From Candidatus Latescibacterota bacterium (GTDB lineage: Bacteria > Latescibacterota > UBA2968): DNA of 64,000 nt. The notes under the pieces were generated by a model, which had not been told where the DNA came from, ran no database searches, and saw only the letters and a program-made list of their open reading frames with translations. Positions within the stretch are counted from its first letter, which is position 1; every line of letters begins with the position of its first letter. The translations under genes were made by a program, and so were the position numbers. This document shows positions 19,531 to 29,322 of the stretch, piece after piece. The stretch is from NCBI GenBank assembly GCA_965116885.1, contig OZ220741.1:3040001-3104000 (forward strand), given 5' to 3'.

Positions 19531-20414
19531 GACAGGCCATATCCCAGACTGCGAAGGGCGGTGTCTTTTTTGCGCCAGTTCTCATAGACTTTGACGTGCA
19601 GGTCGAGGTAAATTGGGTGTTCCAAAAAGGCCTCTATTTTTTTTCGTGCCTGATGTCCAATGGTTTTGAGGGTTTTTCCTCCCCGTCCTATGACAATGCC
19701 TTTTTGTGAATTGCGTTCGACAATGATATTGGCCTGAATATAGACTTTGGGGCGATTTTCTTCAAATGCCTCAATGTCGATTGCCGTTGCATAAGGCAAT
19801 TCCTGGCGGAGATGGTGGAATACTTCCTCTCGAATGAGTTCCGCAACAAAAAATCTTTCGGGCTGTTCGGTGAGCATATCTTCCGGGTAGTATTGTGGGC
19901 CTTCTGGCAGTGCATGGCGCAAAGCGGTGTGAAGGGCTTGTATGCCCTGTCCGTTGATGGCCGCTACGGATAAGACGGTCTGTGTAGCGAGTGAAGCGCG
20001 AATCTGTTGTTCGCAGCGTTTTGCTCGCGCATGTGAGATGAGGTCGGTTTTATTTATAGCGATGATTTTGGGAATATCCCATTGTCCGAAGATTTGTCGT
20101 ATTTCGGCGTCATAAGAGGTGTCAAATTCTGAACCATCGACAATGCCCAAAAGCACATCGGCACTTTGATATGCACGCCCAATTTGCCGATTCATAAATT
20201 CGTGAAGGCGATAGCGCGCAGACAAGATACCAGGGGTGTCGAGAAATATCATTTGAGTCTGTTTATCTGTGACAATACCCAGGATATTATTGCGAGTTGT
20301 CTGGGGTTTGGGCGAAATAATGGATAGACGCTCCCCCACGAGTGCATTAAAAAGCGTGGATTTGCCGACATTAGTGCGTCCAGCGATTATGACATATCCA
20401 GATTTGAAAGCCAT
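19527..20414 (-). CDS. era: GTPase Era
   Basis: 'GRTNVGKST', 'PQTTR', 'DTPG', 'NKTD', KH domain 'IVIGRGG'. Confidence 0.96.
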   Translation of the reverse strand: MAFKSGYVIIAGRTNVGKSTLFNALVGERLSIISPKPQTTRNNILGIVTDKQTQMIFLDTPGILSARYRLHEFMNRQIGRAYQSADVLLGIVDGSEFDTSYDAEIRQIFGQWDIPKIIAINKTDLISHARAKRCEQQIRASLATQTVLSVAAINGQGIQALHTALRHALPEGPQYYPEDMLTEQPERFFVAELIREEVFHHLRQELPYATAIDIEAFEENRPKVYIQANIIVERNSQKGIVIGRGGKTLKTIGHQARKKIEAFLEHPIYLDLHVKVYENWRKKDTALRSLGYGLS

Positions 20415-20424
20415 TACTGTCCAA

Positions 20425-21396
20425 TCAAAAAAATAAAATGGCCGAAATTCGGTACGTATTGTCGAGTTGGTCGTGTTCCATGAAGGCGAGATCTACGCCG
20501 AACCGACGAAGTTGCAATCCAGTGCCTGCTGTAAAGTGCCCGTCTTTGTGTCCGAGGCGAAAAGCAAGGCGGTGTTGCAGGCGGTATTCTATGCCGAGTT
20601 GTATGCTGCGTGTTTTTTCCAGTGTCGATTTTTTGTCATTCAGGTGCGTGCTAAAACCGACTTTCATATCGCCGCCGGGCACCCTGCGTTGGAGAGCAGT
20701 ACCAATGAGAAGAGATGGCGAAATGCTATCTGCAATGCCATCGGGAAATGCAATGCGCGTTTTTGTGAGATCGCGTATTATCGCGCCAATGTGAAACGTC
20801 GATGTGGGTAGATAGAGCAGACCGATGTCCAGGCCAAAACCACTTCCGATGCCCACGCTGAGATCGCGTCTGATCATTTTTATACCTGCCCCAAGACGCA
20901 ATTTATCTGTGATCTGCCGGCCATAAGCAATTCGAAAGACGTAATCTGCCGTGCCGATTTTATCGATTATTACGGGACGATTATCTGGACCAATTGGACG
21001 GTCTGGATCTTCCAGACCCGTCAGAGCAATCCCATCAACGCCAGCGCGAACAATGCCCAGACCAACGCCACCTTTTCTTATGGGCAAGCGCAATGCGAAA
21101 ATATCTTGATTCACACTGCCGCCAAATTGCTCTGCATGTTGTAAGTGAATCTCACGTTTTGGCAGCGATGAGTTGCCATTCAGTCCAGGGTTGTACACCT
21201 CTGGAGCCAGTCCTGCGGGGTTCCAATAGATCGCTGTTGCATCAAAACTGAGCGCGACATAAGCACTTCCCATGCCCAGAGCGCGGGCACCGGCACCCAA
21301 TAAGAGTGGATCTCCTGCATAATGGGATGTCTGCGCATGGGTTGGGCTTGTAAGCGCGCATGTGCAATATAATGCCAGGGTCGCAAAGCGTTTCAA
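20425..21396 (-). CDS. PorV/PorQ-family (FadL-like) outer-membrane barrel
   Basis: 'GARALGMGSAYVA..DATAIYWNPAGL', C-terminal Phe. Confidence 0.8.
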   Translation of the reverse strand: MKRFATLALYCTCALTSPTHAQTSHYAGDPLLLGAGARALGMGSAYVALSFDATAIYWNPAGLAPEVYNPGLNGNSSLPKREIHLQHAEQFGGSVNQDIFALRLPIRKGGVGLGIVRAGVDGIALTGLEDPDRPIGPDNRPVIIDKIGTADYVFRIAYGRQITDKLRLGAGIKMIRRDLSVGIGSGFGLDIGLLYLPTSTFHIGAIIRDLTKTRIAFPDGIADSISPSLLIGTALQRRVPGGDMKVGFSTHLNDKKSTLEKTRSIQLGIEYRLQHRLAFRLGHKDGHFTAGTGLQLRRFGVDLAFMEHDQLDNTYRISAILFF

Positions 21397-21896
21397 GGAT
21401 TGGCCTCTGCATGGGGAATGAAGATGGCGATATTGCCGGGATGCAATGCCGACCCCAGGGCTTTGATATCGAGAGGAGATAAAGTGAGATACGGAGTGGC
21501 ACCTGTTAGAATTCCATCCGCTCGAATGACGAGATTTGGCGTAAAGTAGAGGCGGGAACGGTGGCGAGGTCCTTCTATCAGGCGCCCGGAGAAGTCGAGG
21601 GGAAAAAGCCGTTCGCGAAGTCGCAGATTTGCATTTCCGGGTTCAACAGAGATGGGATCAATTCTGTTTACAAAGTGATAGGTCTGAGTGAGACGTGCTT
21701 CTGTGGGCGACAAGTTGAGAATGGGGCAGGTTCTCAGGACATTGCCCTTTGATTTGAGGTGAATTTGTTTGGACTGGAGATCAATAATAAGGTAGAAACC
21801 ATCCGGTGATGTTTTGATTTGATCAAGTTCGCGAACAAGGGCTTCGCGGTAGTTTTGAAGAACGATTTTGTCCTGACCAAATACAGGCGTTTCCAT
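21393..21896 (-). CDS. L,D-transpeptidase (YkuD)-like protein lacking catalytic His/Cys; start uncertain
   Basis: Colinear with the upstream LDT ('FYLIIDLQSKQIHLK..VLRTCPI', 'PYLTLSPLDIKALGSALHPG'). Stop overlaps the PorV-like start. Confidence 0.55.
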   Translation of the reverse strand: METPVFGQDKIVLQNYREALVRELDQIKTSPDGFYLIIDLQSKQIHLKSKGNVLRTCPILNLSPTEARLTQTYHFVNRIDPISVEPGNANLRLRERLFPLDFSGRLIEGPRHRSRLYFTPNLVIRADGILTGATPYLTLSPLDIKALGSALHPGNIAIFIPHAEANP

Positions 21897-21910
21897 CAGA
21901 AGGAAGCAAA

Positions 21911-22495
21911 TTAGTAGATATAGACCCGGTCGCCAACTTGAAGTGAGCGATACACAAAAGCCAGGTCTTCGTCGTTGAGGCGAATACATCCGTGTGTGAT
22001 ATGCCGTCCGAGCAATGTGGGATAAAGAGTACCGTGAATTTCGTACCCATCGCCCAATTCGAGGGCGTAGGCACCGAGGGTTGTCCGGTCGAGACGCCGA
22101 AATTCCCAGGGCAATACAGTGGGTTCTTCTCCAGTCTCGATAAAGGCCCACAGGGGCTTGGCCCAGATGGGGTCTGTCACTTTGTGCAAAATAGTTCTGA
22201 CACCCAATGGGGTGTGAAATTGCCAGCGTGCCGAAGCACCTGGATGGAGCAGTACTTTGCCGCTGCCTGTCGCACACGTCGCTTCTCGTATTATCTGGTT
22301 GTTGTGCCAAACTTGAAGACGGTTATGTACGGTATCGATAACGATGTAGGTTTCTGCTGAGTGTCGTTTCAACACTTCCTGAAGTGATGCGATGTCAGCT
22401 TTGAGTTGTTCGATCTCTGTTTCTCGCGCGGGTATATGAAGGGAAAAACTGAAGAACAAATAGAGAGCGAGCAATATGGTGTGAAAGCTGTGCAT
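21911..22495 (-). CDS. L,D-transpeptidase (YkuD family)
   Basis: 'TPLG', 'IHGT..LLGRHITHGCIRL'. N-terminal TM segment plus coiled coil. Confidence 0.9.
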   Translation of the reverse strand: MHSFHTILLALYLFFSFSLHIPARETEIEQLKADIASLQEVLKRHSAETYIVIDTVHNRLQVWHNNQIIREATCATGSGKVLLHPGASARWQFHTPLGVRTILHKVTDPIWAKPLWAFIETGEEPTVLPWEFRRLDRTTLGAYALELGDGYEIHGTLYPTLLGRHITHGCIRLNDEDLAFVYRSLQVGDRVYIY

Positions 22496-22513
22496 GTATG
22501 GCTCAGAAATTGT

Positions 22514-22546
22514 AAAACCGAGGCGCGCAAAAAGCACCTCGGTTTT
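22514..22546 (-). terminator. hairpin/terminator between lipoprotein and LDT genes
   Basis: aaaaccgagg/cctcggtttt inverted repeat. Confidence 0.6.
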
Positions 22547-22580
22547 GTCTTTAAGAAGATATTTGGATGGTGCTGCCTAC

Positions 22581-23207
22581 CTACAGGCGGAAGTACCAGG
22601 GTTTGTGTCGCTCTTTCCAATCTTCGATTTTCTGGAGCGCGACCGAAACAGCACCCTGAACCTCGGCAAGTTTGTTTTCTGCACCCTGAGCTTGACCAAG
22701 AGCATCTCTGTATTGCCCGTTGTCGAGGCTGCTGCGTGCATCGCTTATACTGGTCTCGGCCTGATTCAGGTCGGCATTGAGCTGATCGAGATCATCGTCT
22801 GCGCCTTTTCCACGAGGTGCCTCACCCAAACTGACTCTGGTATCTGAAATACCGGGCATTACGCGTTCGATAATTGCCTGGGTATCGGCCTCCAGTTGCC
22901 TATTGGTGTCAGCTTCTGATTTGGCGCTATTGGCTAACTCCTGAGCTTCTACATAAAGAGGCTCGGCCTCGTCAAATTTATTAAAGAAGAAGAACTTTTT
23001 TTCTTCAAATTTCTTGGCAGCACTGTCTATGGCAGCAGTTGCTAAACTATATGCGGCGGGCGCATAAGCTTCAGCCTGAGCCGCCTGAGCTGCGGCATAA
23101 GCTGCCTCAGTATCTGCTTTCAATTTTACCAATTCTTCGGAAGGCCCACAACCCGTTATGGCAAATGCCATAACCAGAACAGTGCAAAGGCTTAAAATGG
23201 ATCGCAT
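22581..23207 (-). CDS. Ala-rich helical lipoprotein (DUF4398-like)
   Basis: Lipobox 'AITGC', 'AQAEAYAPAAYSLA'. AAGGAG RBS. Confidence 0.75.
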   Translation of the reverse strand: MRSILSLCTVLVMAFAITGCGPSEELVKLKADTEAAYAAAQAAQAEAYAPAAYSLATAAIDSAAKKFEEKKFFFFNKFDEAEPLYVEAQELANSAKSEADTNRQLEADTQAIIERVMPGISDTRVSLGEAPRGKGADDDLDQLNADLNQAETSISDARSSLDNGQYRDALGQAQGAENKLAEVQGAVSVALQKIEDWKERHKPWYFRL

Positions 23208-23264
23208 CCTTAAACTCCTTGAGTTTGTTGTCAATAAAGGCTTTACGCATTGTTTCCTTTGCGG

Positions 23265-23293
23265 AAGATAAAACACAAATTTCCGCTTGTCAA
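23265..23293 (-). promoter_or_regulatory. sigma70-like promoter of the lipoprotein-LDT operon
   Basis: TTGACA-17bp-TATCTT. Confidence 0.65.
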
Positions 23294-23349
23294 CACCAAT
23301 TTTGGTATATGAGAAATGGCGTTGAGCAGTCATTGGGGATGTATTTTAT

Positions 23350-24201
23350 TTATCGACGTTCACTTTTTTTATAAAAAAGTTTGTTCAGCGGGCTTTTGGG
23401 AGCTGTAAGGTATTTGGCTTCATCGGGCGTCAAGGCTTTGCCAAAAACAGCGATTTCATCGATTTCTCCAGGATATTTGAAATGATTAAATCGCATCACA
23501 AGAGTTTCTATATCCCAGGTCATATTCTGCTGAAGCGGACCTTTGCGCCCTGCTTCTGTGCCATCTATATACAACGCCCATTCTGCATCGGCCTTGCCAC
23601 TGTTAAAGTTGGACCATGTAATCGCGATGTGGTGCCAGTCATTTGCACGCCAATTGACTGGCACAGAAATCACACGAGCAGCGACCACATCGTCGGTAAC
23701 TGGCTGCTCTTTGTTGGGATAACATCCAAACCGAAGTGTGCCATCGGCTTTTTTGAAATCGACAAATACGACTGCATCGTCCCAGGGATATTTTTCACCG
23801 TCTTTTTTCCCAACATGAAAAGGTTCTGGATAATTGTCTTCAAAGCTGGCGATGTCGGCTTTGAGCCAGAATGCAATGCTGCCAGACCACGCGCTGTTTG
23901 CACTGTAGGCGAGGTTGTTTTTTCCGCTGTAATTGAGTGCGCCTGCATTTGGGCTAAAAGCCAAATACCCGTCGGGATTGCCGCCCTGCTTAATGTGGTT
24001 GGTGTTGGCTGTGTCAAAGGTCGCCAACGGATCGCCGAGGCTATCGAGGGCATCCACGCCTTTTTCAAAGTTGGCAAAAAAAAGTATGTGTGCTCGCAAG
24101 CTCTCTTCAATGGCCTTTTCGGGACCACCACAAGCTGTTGCGATCGCCAAAAATATAACGATTAGAGTGCCACGGGATAAATGGGGAAGATGGAACGACA
24201 T
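23350..24201 (-). CDS. LamG/concanavalin A-like jelly-roll lipoprotein
   Basis: Lipobox 'ATAC', 'GSIAFWLK', 'WHHIAITW', 'LYIDG', 'GEIDEIAVF'. Confidence 0.8.
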   Translation of the reverse strand: MSFHLPHLSRGTLIVIFLAIATACGGPEKAIEESLRAHILFFANFEKGVDALDSLGDPLATFDTANTNHIKQGGNPDGYLAFSPNAGALNYSGKNNLAYSANSAWSGSIAFWLKADIASFEDNYPEPFHVGKKDGEKYPWDDAVVFVDFKKADGTLRFGCYPNKEQPVTDDVVAARVISVPVNWRANDWHHIAITWSNFNSGKADAEWALYIDGTEAGRKGPLQQNMTWDIETLVMRFNHFKYPGEIDEIAVFGKALTPDEAKYLTAPKSPLNKLFYKKSERR

Positions 24202-24358
24202 GTGTAAGGTCTCCTTAAAAAGAAATTTGGCGCATTGTTAAGTTAAATGCATAAATTGATATACTCCCAAAATGCGGGTATGTCAATACTAAAATTACGA
24301 GATTGCAAAGATAGCTTAATTACTCGAAAAACCAACTGTGTGTGTCTCTGAAATTGTC

Positions 24359-24387
24359 TTGACATCTCAAAAGTTATTTATTAGCAT
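24359..24387 (+). promoter_or_regulatory. sigma70-like promoter of the giant permease operon
   Basis: TTGACA-17bp-TAGCAT. Confidence 0.55.
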
Positions 24388-24437
24388 AAAAATCCAATTT
24401 TCTCAAAACGTTCGGCATTTTAACAGGAGCCTCCTCG

Positions 24438-27400
24438 ATGCGTAAAATCGGCACAGGTATTCTCTGGATTATCACGATTTTGATGTTGTCTTCAGTGACC
24501 ATTTTTAATCCGGGACAGGTGACGGATTTTTTTGTAACGCTTTTTAATATTAAACCGAGTATTCCCGAACTCAAACCCATTGAAATTTCAGAACGCGATC
24601 GCGAAATTCGATCCATTGCAGAGTCCATTACACAAGAAGATGTGCATCAAATCATTGCCGACCTGTCGGGAATGGGGTCCCGGGTCCCTGGCTATTCGGG
24701 GCATAGGCAGGCTTTTGAATATGTCAAACAGCATTTTGAGCAATTTGGCCTTGAAGATATCGCGGTCGAAGAGCACACGGTAACGGTTCCTATTGACAAA
24801 GGAGCTTCACTCACTTTGACGGATACCGGCGAAGAAATTGCGATCTACGGTTTTTGGCCCAACCATGTACAAACGCCCTCTGTGCCCAGCGCAGGGATTT
24901 CGGGGGCGCTTATTTATGGGGGCAAGGGGGCGTTTGCAGAACTGAATGGCAAAAAGGTCGAAGGTAGCGTTGTCCTGATGGACTTCGATTGTGACCAGGG
25001 CTATTTAAGTCCGCGTATGCTGGGGGCAAAGGCCATTTTATTTTATGACAATGGGCGGGTTACACAGGGTCAGGCTATGGATAAGTTTTTGCCCGTGCCC
25101 GTTGATGTGCCCCGGTTCTGGGTCAAAAAAGACGATGCTTTGCGTTTGCTCGAACTGGCCCAAACGCAATCTCCCGAAGTGCGTTTGACTTCGAAGATGG
25201 ATTGGGAAGAGGTGCCGACCTGGAATATTTTTGCAACTCTTCCAGGGTCCGAAGACTATATCACGGAGCGCGAAGAACGCAAGTGGAAAGACCAGCAGAT
25301 TGTGCTGAGTGCTTTTTACGATGCCATATCCGTTGTGCCGGCTCTCGCGCCGGGTGCTGAAAATGCGTCGGGATTGGCCGCGCTTTTACACACTGCCCGC
25401 GTTTTGAGACAGAATCCGCCCAAATATTCGGTGACCTTTTTGGCAACTGGCTCTCATTTTCAAGGGCTGGCAGGCATCAATGATTTTGTGTATAGGCATT
25501 CGCGCGAAAGCGATCATTTCCGCGATAAGATTCCCGATAGTGTATCGGTGGCCGGTGCTTATCTCGATGGCGAACTTATTCCACGCGACAGCGAAGAGTT
25601 TGAAGAACTCATTCCCGATAGCTATAAAATTGATTTTCGGTTATTTATCGGGTTGGACCTGTCGAGTGAATCCGATCAGTTGGCGAGCTTTTCGCACGGC
25701 ACCTTTAACAACCCAAATTGGCAGACAGACAATTATCTAAATAATCTGCTGGCGCCTTATGCAGACAAATTCGATAAATATATGGCCAAAGTATTTCCGG
25801 GTGAAGAAGTGCGCCATGTCGATGCGATTGCACCGCCAAAACGCACGTGGAAAAATTTTATGCCCATTCGCCTGGGATTTGACAGTGAGGCCGTTACTTT
25901 TGTTGGGAAAGAAGGCATTACTCTGGCGACGCCATCAACTGTGAGGCGTTTTGTCGATACGCCCATTGATCGCGTTGAGAATGTCAATATGGACAATTTG
26001 ACGCGCCAGGTCCAAACGGCGATAGCTGCCATGATGAAAGCGGGTGAAGATCCCGAATTTTTCAGGGTATCCAAGCTCAAACTGCAAGATCGCGGACACA
26101 GTTTGAAAGGGCGCGTATTGTGGTTTGATCGCAATGTCGATTTCGCGTTGCCTCGCGTGCCCGTGCCCGGTGGGGTTGCGACGTACCGGCAGCCGGGCAA
26201 TGTTCACAGTTGTGCGGGAGTGCGGACGCTGATTATTGACAAGACGACAGAAGGTCCCATTTACGATGTTAAATTGGCAAAAAATAGAACTGATGTAGAT
26301 CTAAACTTGTATGGCGACCCGGACAAAGTTAAACAAACCGGAGAGTTTTTCTTTAATATTATGCGAAATCGGTTTACCAATCGCATTTTGGCTTATGATA
26401 TTGACGAAGAGGGGAATATTACGTCGGCACCCGACATGGGTTCTGAGGGCGATAAGAAATTTCCACTGACACAGCGGTATGGCTGGTGGGAAAATGAAAT
26501 GATGACGGTTCTGTTCAAGAGCCGTTCCATCAGTGTTTTTGAAATTATCGATTCGAGCTATTTGTCCGCACTTGATTTTATGACGGTGCTCAATGAAAAC
26601 GATACACAGCCCCTGGAATTTGGTTATACGTATTTGCCTGGGCAAAGCACCAAAGAGGGCGATGTGACGCGCGCTGCTGTGACGTTTGCGCGTGTGGATG
26701 AACACACGGGGGAAGCCGAGCGGTTGAAAGTTTTGATGAGCACGGGCTTGTTTGGTGTTAAGTATTTGTTGATTAATGCGCCCCAGAAATTTTTGGACAA
26801 TCCGATTGATAAACGCGAGGTGAATCCCGATATTCTGGAAGAGGCACGAGGTGAAGGATATGAACCCGGCGTCATTTTCACGCCCTCGTATCAGGCCGCT
26901 AAGGATATGTGGGTGATTGACGATGTGCGAATGAAACAGTTGGCGCAATTTGGTATTGAAAACAATCGTCTCACCCTGTTGCACAACAGCGCGCGCGAGG
27001 CATTGATCGAAGCGCGCCAGCATCTTGAAAATTTGGATTACGAAGGGTTTATGGCCGCATCTCGGCGGGCATGGGGGCTGGAGGCTCGGGGGTATCCCGA
27101 AGTGATGGCGACGGCCAATGATACTGTGCGGGGTATTATTTTTTATTTTATTTTGTTATTGCCGTTTTCATTTTTCTGTGAGCGGTTGTTGATCGGCGCG
27201 TCGAGTATTACTGCGCGATTGAGTTGGTTTGCCGCATTTTTTGTGTTTTTCTTTATCGTTTTGCGCTTTGTCCATCCGGCTTTTCAGTTGAGCAATTCCC
27301 CCTATATTATTTTTCTCGCATTTGTGATTATGGCCCTCGGCGGCGTGGCGATGGTTATTGTGGTGTCTAAGTTTGGCGATGAAGTTCGCAAGATGAAGCA

Positions 27401-29285
27401 GGCGTCTGCAGGAACTTATGAAGCCGATGTTGGACGCATTAGCGCGACGTCGGCCGCGGTTGTACTGGGTATTTCAAATCTGCGAAAGCGCCCCATGCGC
27501 ACGGGATTGACGGCGATTACGCTGACCTTATTGACGTTTACGACATTGTCTTTTACATCGGTGCAGACTTCGTTGAAGTTTTACAAATTGCCCCGCGATA
27601 ACGAGCCGTCGTATCAGGGGGCACTCGTGCGCGACCGATCCTGGCGCGGGATGCAAGAATCCGTGCTCAATTATCTCAATAGTGCCTTTGAAGGTCGCGC
27701 CGATATTGTGCCGCGATCGTGGTATTTGTCACAGGTGCGTGGTGAGCGTGCTTATGTGAATTTTTCTCGTATGACAGAGGCCACTGCCGATATGGGCCCC
27801 AAGGAGATTTACGTCGATTTCGATGTGGGCATTACCACGGGGAAAGACAGTTTTGTCAATGCGCTGTTGGGGCTTACACCAGACGAACCCAAAATTACCG
27901 GGGCTGATCGCTATTTGATGAGTGGGCGATGGTTCGAACCCGGGGAAGAGTTCGTTTGCCTGTTGCCAAATGATCTGGCCGAGCTTGTCGGTATTTTCCC
28001 CGAGGATGCAGGAACGGCTAAGATTGAAATGCAGGGACAAGTTTTTACGGTGATTGGCATTCTCGATTCTGAAATGTTTAACAAGTTCAAAGATTTGGAT
28101 GATGAAAAACTGACTCCTGTTGATACGGTTAAAGAGAAAGACGATTTGGCAGATGCACAGGATCAGGATCCGAGGGTTGTCGCGGCTGCGCCGATTGAAA
28201 CCTTTACTCATTTGGAATCGACCAATGTGCTTGTCGTGCCCTATGAGTATATTCGGGATATCGGGGGTGTATTGGCCTCGGTGGCGATTGCGAATTTTAA
28301 GGATGAGAGCGGGCAGCCTAAGTTGAATTTTGTTCCCGACATCGAAGAGTTTATGGCGCGCGTGTCTTTGACGATGTTTGTGGGCAAGGATGATGGTGTA
28401 ACCGTCTATAGTTCGATTGGTTCAACGTCGCTTTCTGGATTGGGCAATTTGTTTATTCCGATCTTGATTGCGGCACTTATTGTACTCAATACTATGATGG
28501 GTGCTGTGTATGAGCGTTTCCGAGAGATCAGTATTTATTCCTCGGTGGGATTGGCTCCCAATCATATTGCCGCACTTTTCCTCGCGGAGGCTGGCGTATT
28601 TGCCACACTCGGCGCGGTTATGGGATATTTGATTGGACAAGTCCTGGTGCTCGTACTTTACAATGAGGGATTGCTGGGAGGCCTGGAATTAAATTATTCG
28701 TCGCTGTCTGCAATTTCCGCCACGTTGATTGTGATGGCAACGGTATTTCTCTCCGCGCTTTATCCAGCAAAGAAAGCCGCGGATATGGCAGTGCCCGATG
28801 TGACTCGCAAATGGGAATTTCCCGATCCTGATGGCGATCGGTGGGTATTTGATTTTCCCTTTACTGTAGGCGGTGCCGAGGTATTGGGCATGTACTCCTA
28901 TTTGACCCGGGTTTTTGAATCTTATGGCGAGGGATCGGTGGGTGATTTTGTTGCAGATCATGTGAAGTTCTGGTCTGAGGATCACGAGGGAGAACCGCAA
29001 TACAATATTGACCTGACGGCATGGTTGGCGCCTTATGATCTGGGAATTAGCCAGGAAGTGCAGTTAAAAGCCATTCCAACGGGTGAGCACAATATTTATA
29101 AAATTGAAGTGGTGATTAATCGCTTGAGTGGCGATGTGGCGTCCTGGAAACGGATCAATCGCGGGTTTTTGAATGTGTTGAGAAAGCGATTCCTGGTCTG
29201 GCGCACAATTCCGGGCGATATGAAGTTCAATTATGCAGAAGACGGACGCCGGGTTTTGTCTGGCGAAGTCGCGGCAATAGCATAA
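24438..29285 (+). CDS. 1615-aa membrane protein: degenerate M28 peptidase/PA ectodomain + TM bundle + FtsX/MacB-type permease
   Basis: 'SRVPGYSG..AFEYV', PA-like 'LIYGGKG', 'SAFYD', 'PGAENASG'. FtsX hallmarks 'NLRKRPMRTGLT' and 'VYERFREISIYSSVG'. Confidence 0.8.
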   Translation: MRKIGTGILWIITILMLSSVTIFNPGQVTDFFVTLFNIKPSIPELKPIEISERDREIRSIAESITQEDVHQIIADLSGMGSRVPGYSGHRQAFEYVKQHFEQFGLEDIAVEEHTVTVPIDKGASLTLTDTGEEIAIYGFWPNHVQTPSVPSAGISGALIYGGKGAFAELNGKKVEGSVVLMDFDCDQGYLSPRMLGAKAILFYDNGRVTQGQAMDKFLPVPVDVPRFWVKKDDALRLLELAQTQSPEVRLTSKMDWEEVPTWNIFATLPGSEDYITEREERKWKDQQIVLSAFYDAISVVPALAPGAENASGLAALLHTARVLRQNPPKYSVTFLATGSHFQGLAGINDFVYRHSRESDHFRDKIPDSVSVAGAYLDGELIPRDSEEFEELIPDSYKIDFRLFIGLDLSSESDQLASFSHGTFNNPNWQTDNYLNNLLAPYADKFDKYMAKVFPGEEVRHVDAIAPPKRTWKNFMPIRLGFDSEAVTFVGKEGITLATPSTVRRFVDTPIDRVENVNMDNLTRQVQTAIAAMMKAGEDPEFFRVSKLKLQDRGHSLKGRVLWFDRNVDFALPRVPVPGGVATYRQPGNVHSCAGVRTLIIDKTTEGPIYDVKLAKNRTDVDLNLYGDPDKVKQTGEFFFNIMRNRFTNRILAYDIDEEGNITSAPDMGSEGDKKFPLTQRYGWWENEMMTVLFKSRSISVFEIIDSSYLSALDFMTVLNENDTQPLEFGYTYLPGQSTKEGDVTRAAVTFARVDEHTGEAERLKVLMSTGLFGVKYLLINAPQKFLDNPIDKREVNPDILEEARGEGYEPGVIFTPSYQAAKDMWVIDDVRMKQLAQFGIENNRLTLLHNSAREALIEARQHLENLDYEGFMAASRRAWGLEARGYPEVMATANDTVRGIIFYFILLLPFSFFCERLLIGASSITARLSWFAAFFVFFFIVLRFVHPAFQLSNSPYIIFLAFVIMALGGVAMVIVVSKFGDEVRKMKQASAGTYEADVGRISATSAAVVLGISNLRKRPMRTGLTAITLTLLTFTTLSFTSVQTSLKFYKLPRDNEPSYQGALVRDRSWRGMQESVLNYLNSAFEGRADIVPRSWYLSQVRGERAYVNFSRMTEATADMGPKEIYVDFDVGITTGKDSFVNALLGLTPDEPKITGADRYLMSGRWFEPGEEFVCLLPNDLAELVGIFPEDAGTAKIEMQGQVFTVIGILDSEMFNKFKDLDDEKLTPVDTVKEKDDLADAQDQDPRVVAAAPIETFTHLESTNVLVVPYEYIRDIGGVLASVAIANFKDESGQPKLNFVPDIEEFMARVSLTMFVGKDDGVTVYSSIGSTSLSGLGNLFIPILIAALIVLNTMMGAVYERFREISIYSSVGLAPNHIAALFLAEAGVFATLGAVMGYLIGQVLVLVLYNEGLLGGLELNYSSLSAISATLIVMATVFLSALYPAKKAADMAVPDVTRKWEFPDPDGDRWVFDFPFTVGGAEVLGMYSYLTRVFESYGEGSVGDFVADHVKFWSEDHEGEPQYNIDLTAWLAPYDLGISQEVQLKAIPTGEHNIYKIEVVINRLSGDVASWKRINRGFLNVLRKRFLVWRTIPGDMKFNYAEDGRRVLSGEVAAIA

Positions 29286-29322
29286 CGCGCAGATTTTGTG
29301 AATTTCCTTCTGGGAGGCAATT

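Noticed and set aside
20425..21396. PorV-like gene as proof of a type IX secretion system
   Set aside because: No other T9SS components in the window, and the family also occurs without a T9SS.
21897..22310. 5' extension of the 305-aa ORF 21393..22310
   Set aside because: It overlaps the real L,D-transpeptidase in another frame. Only the 3' part looks like protein.
26301..27023. Long alternative-frame ORFs (also 30433..31236 and 41339..42091)
   Set aside because: Fully nested in well-supported genes, with no RBS or motif evidence.
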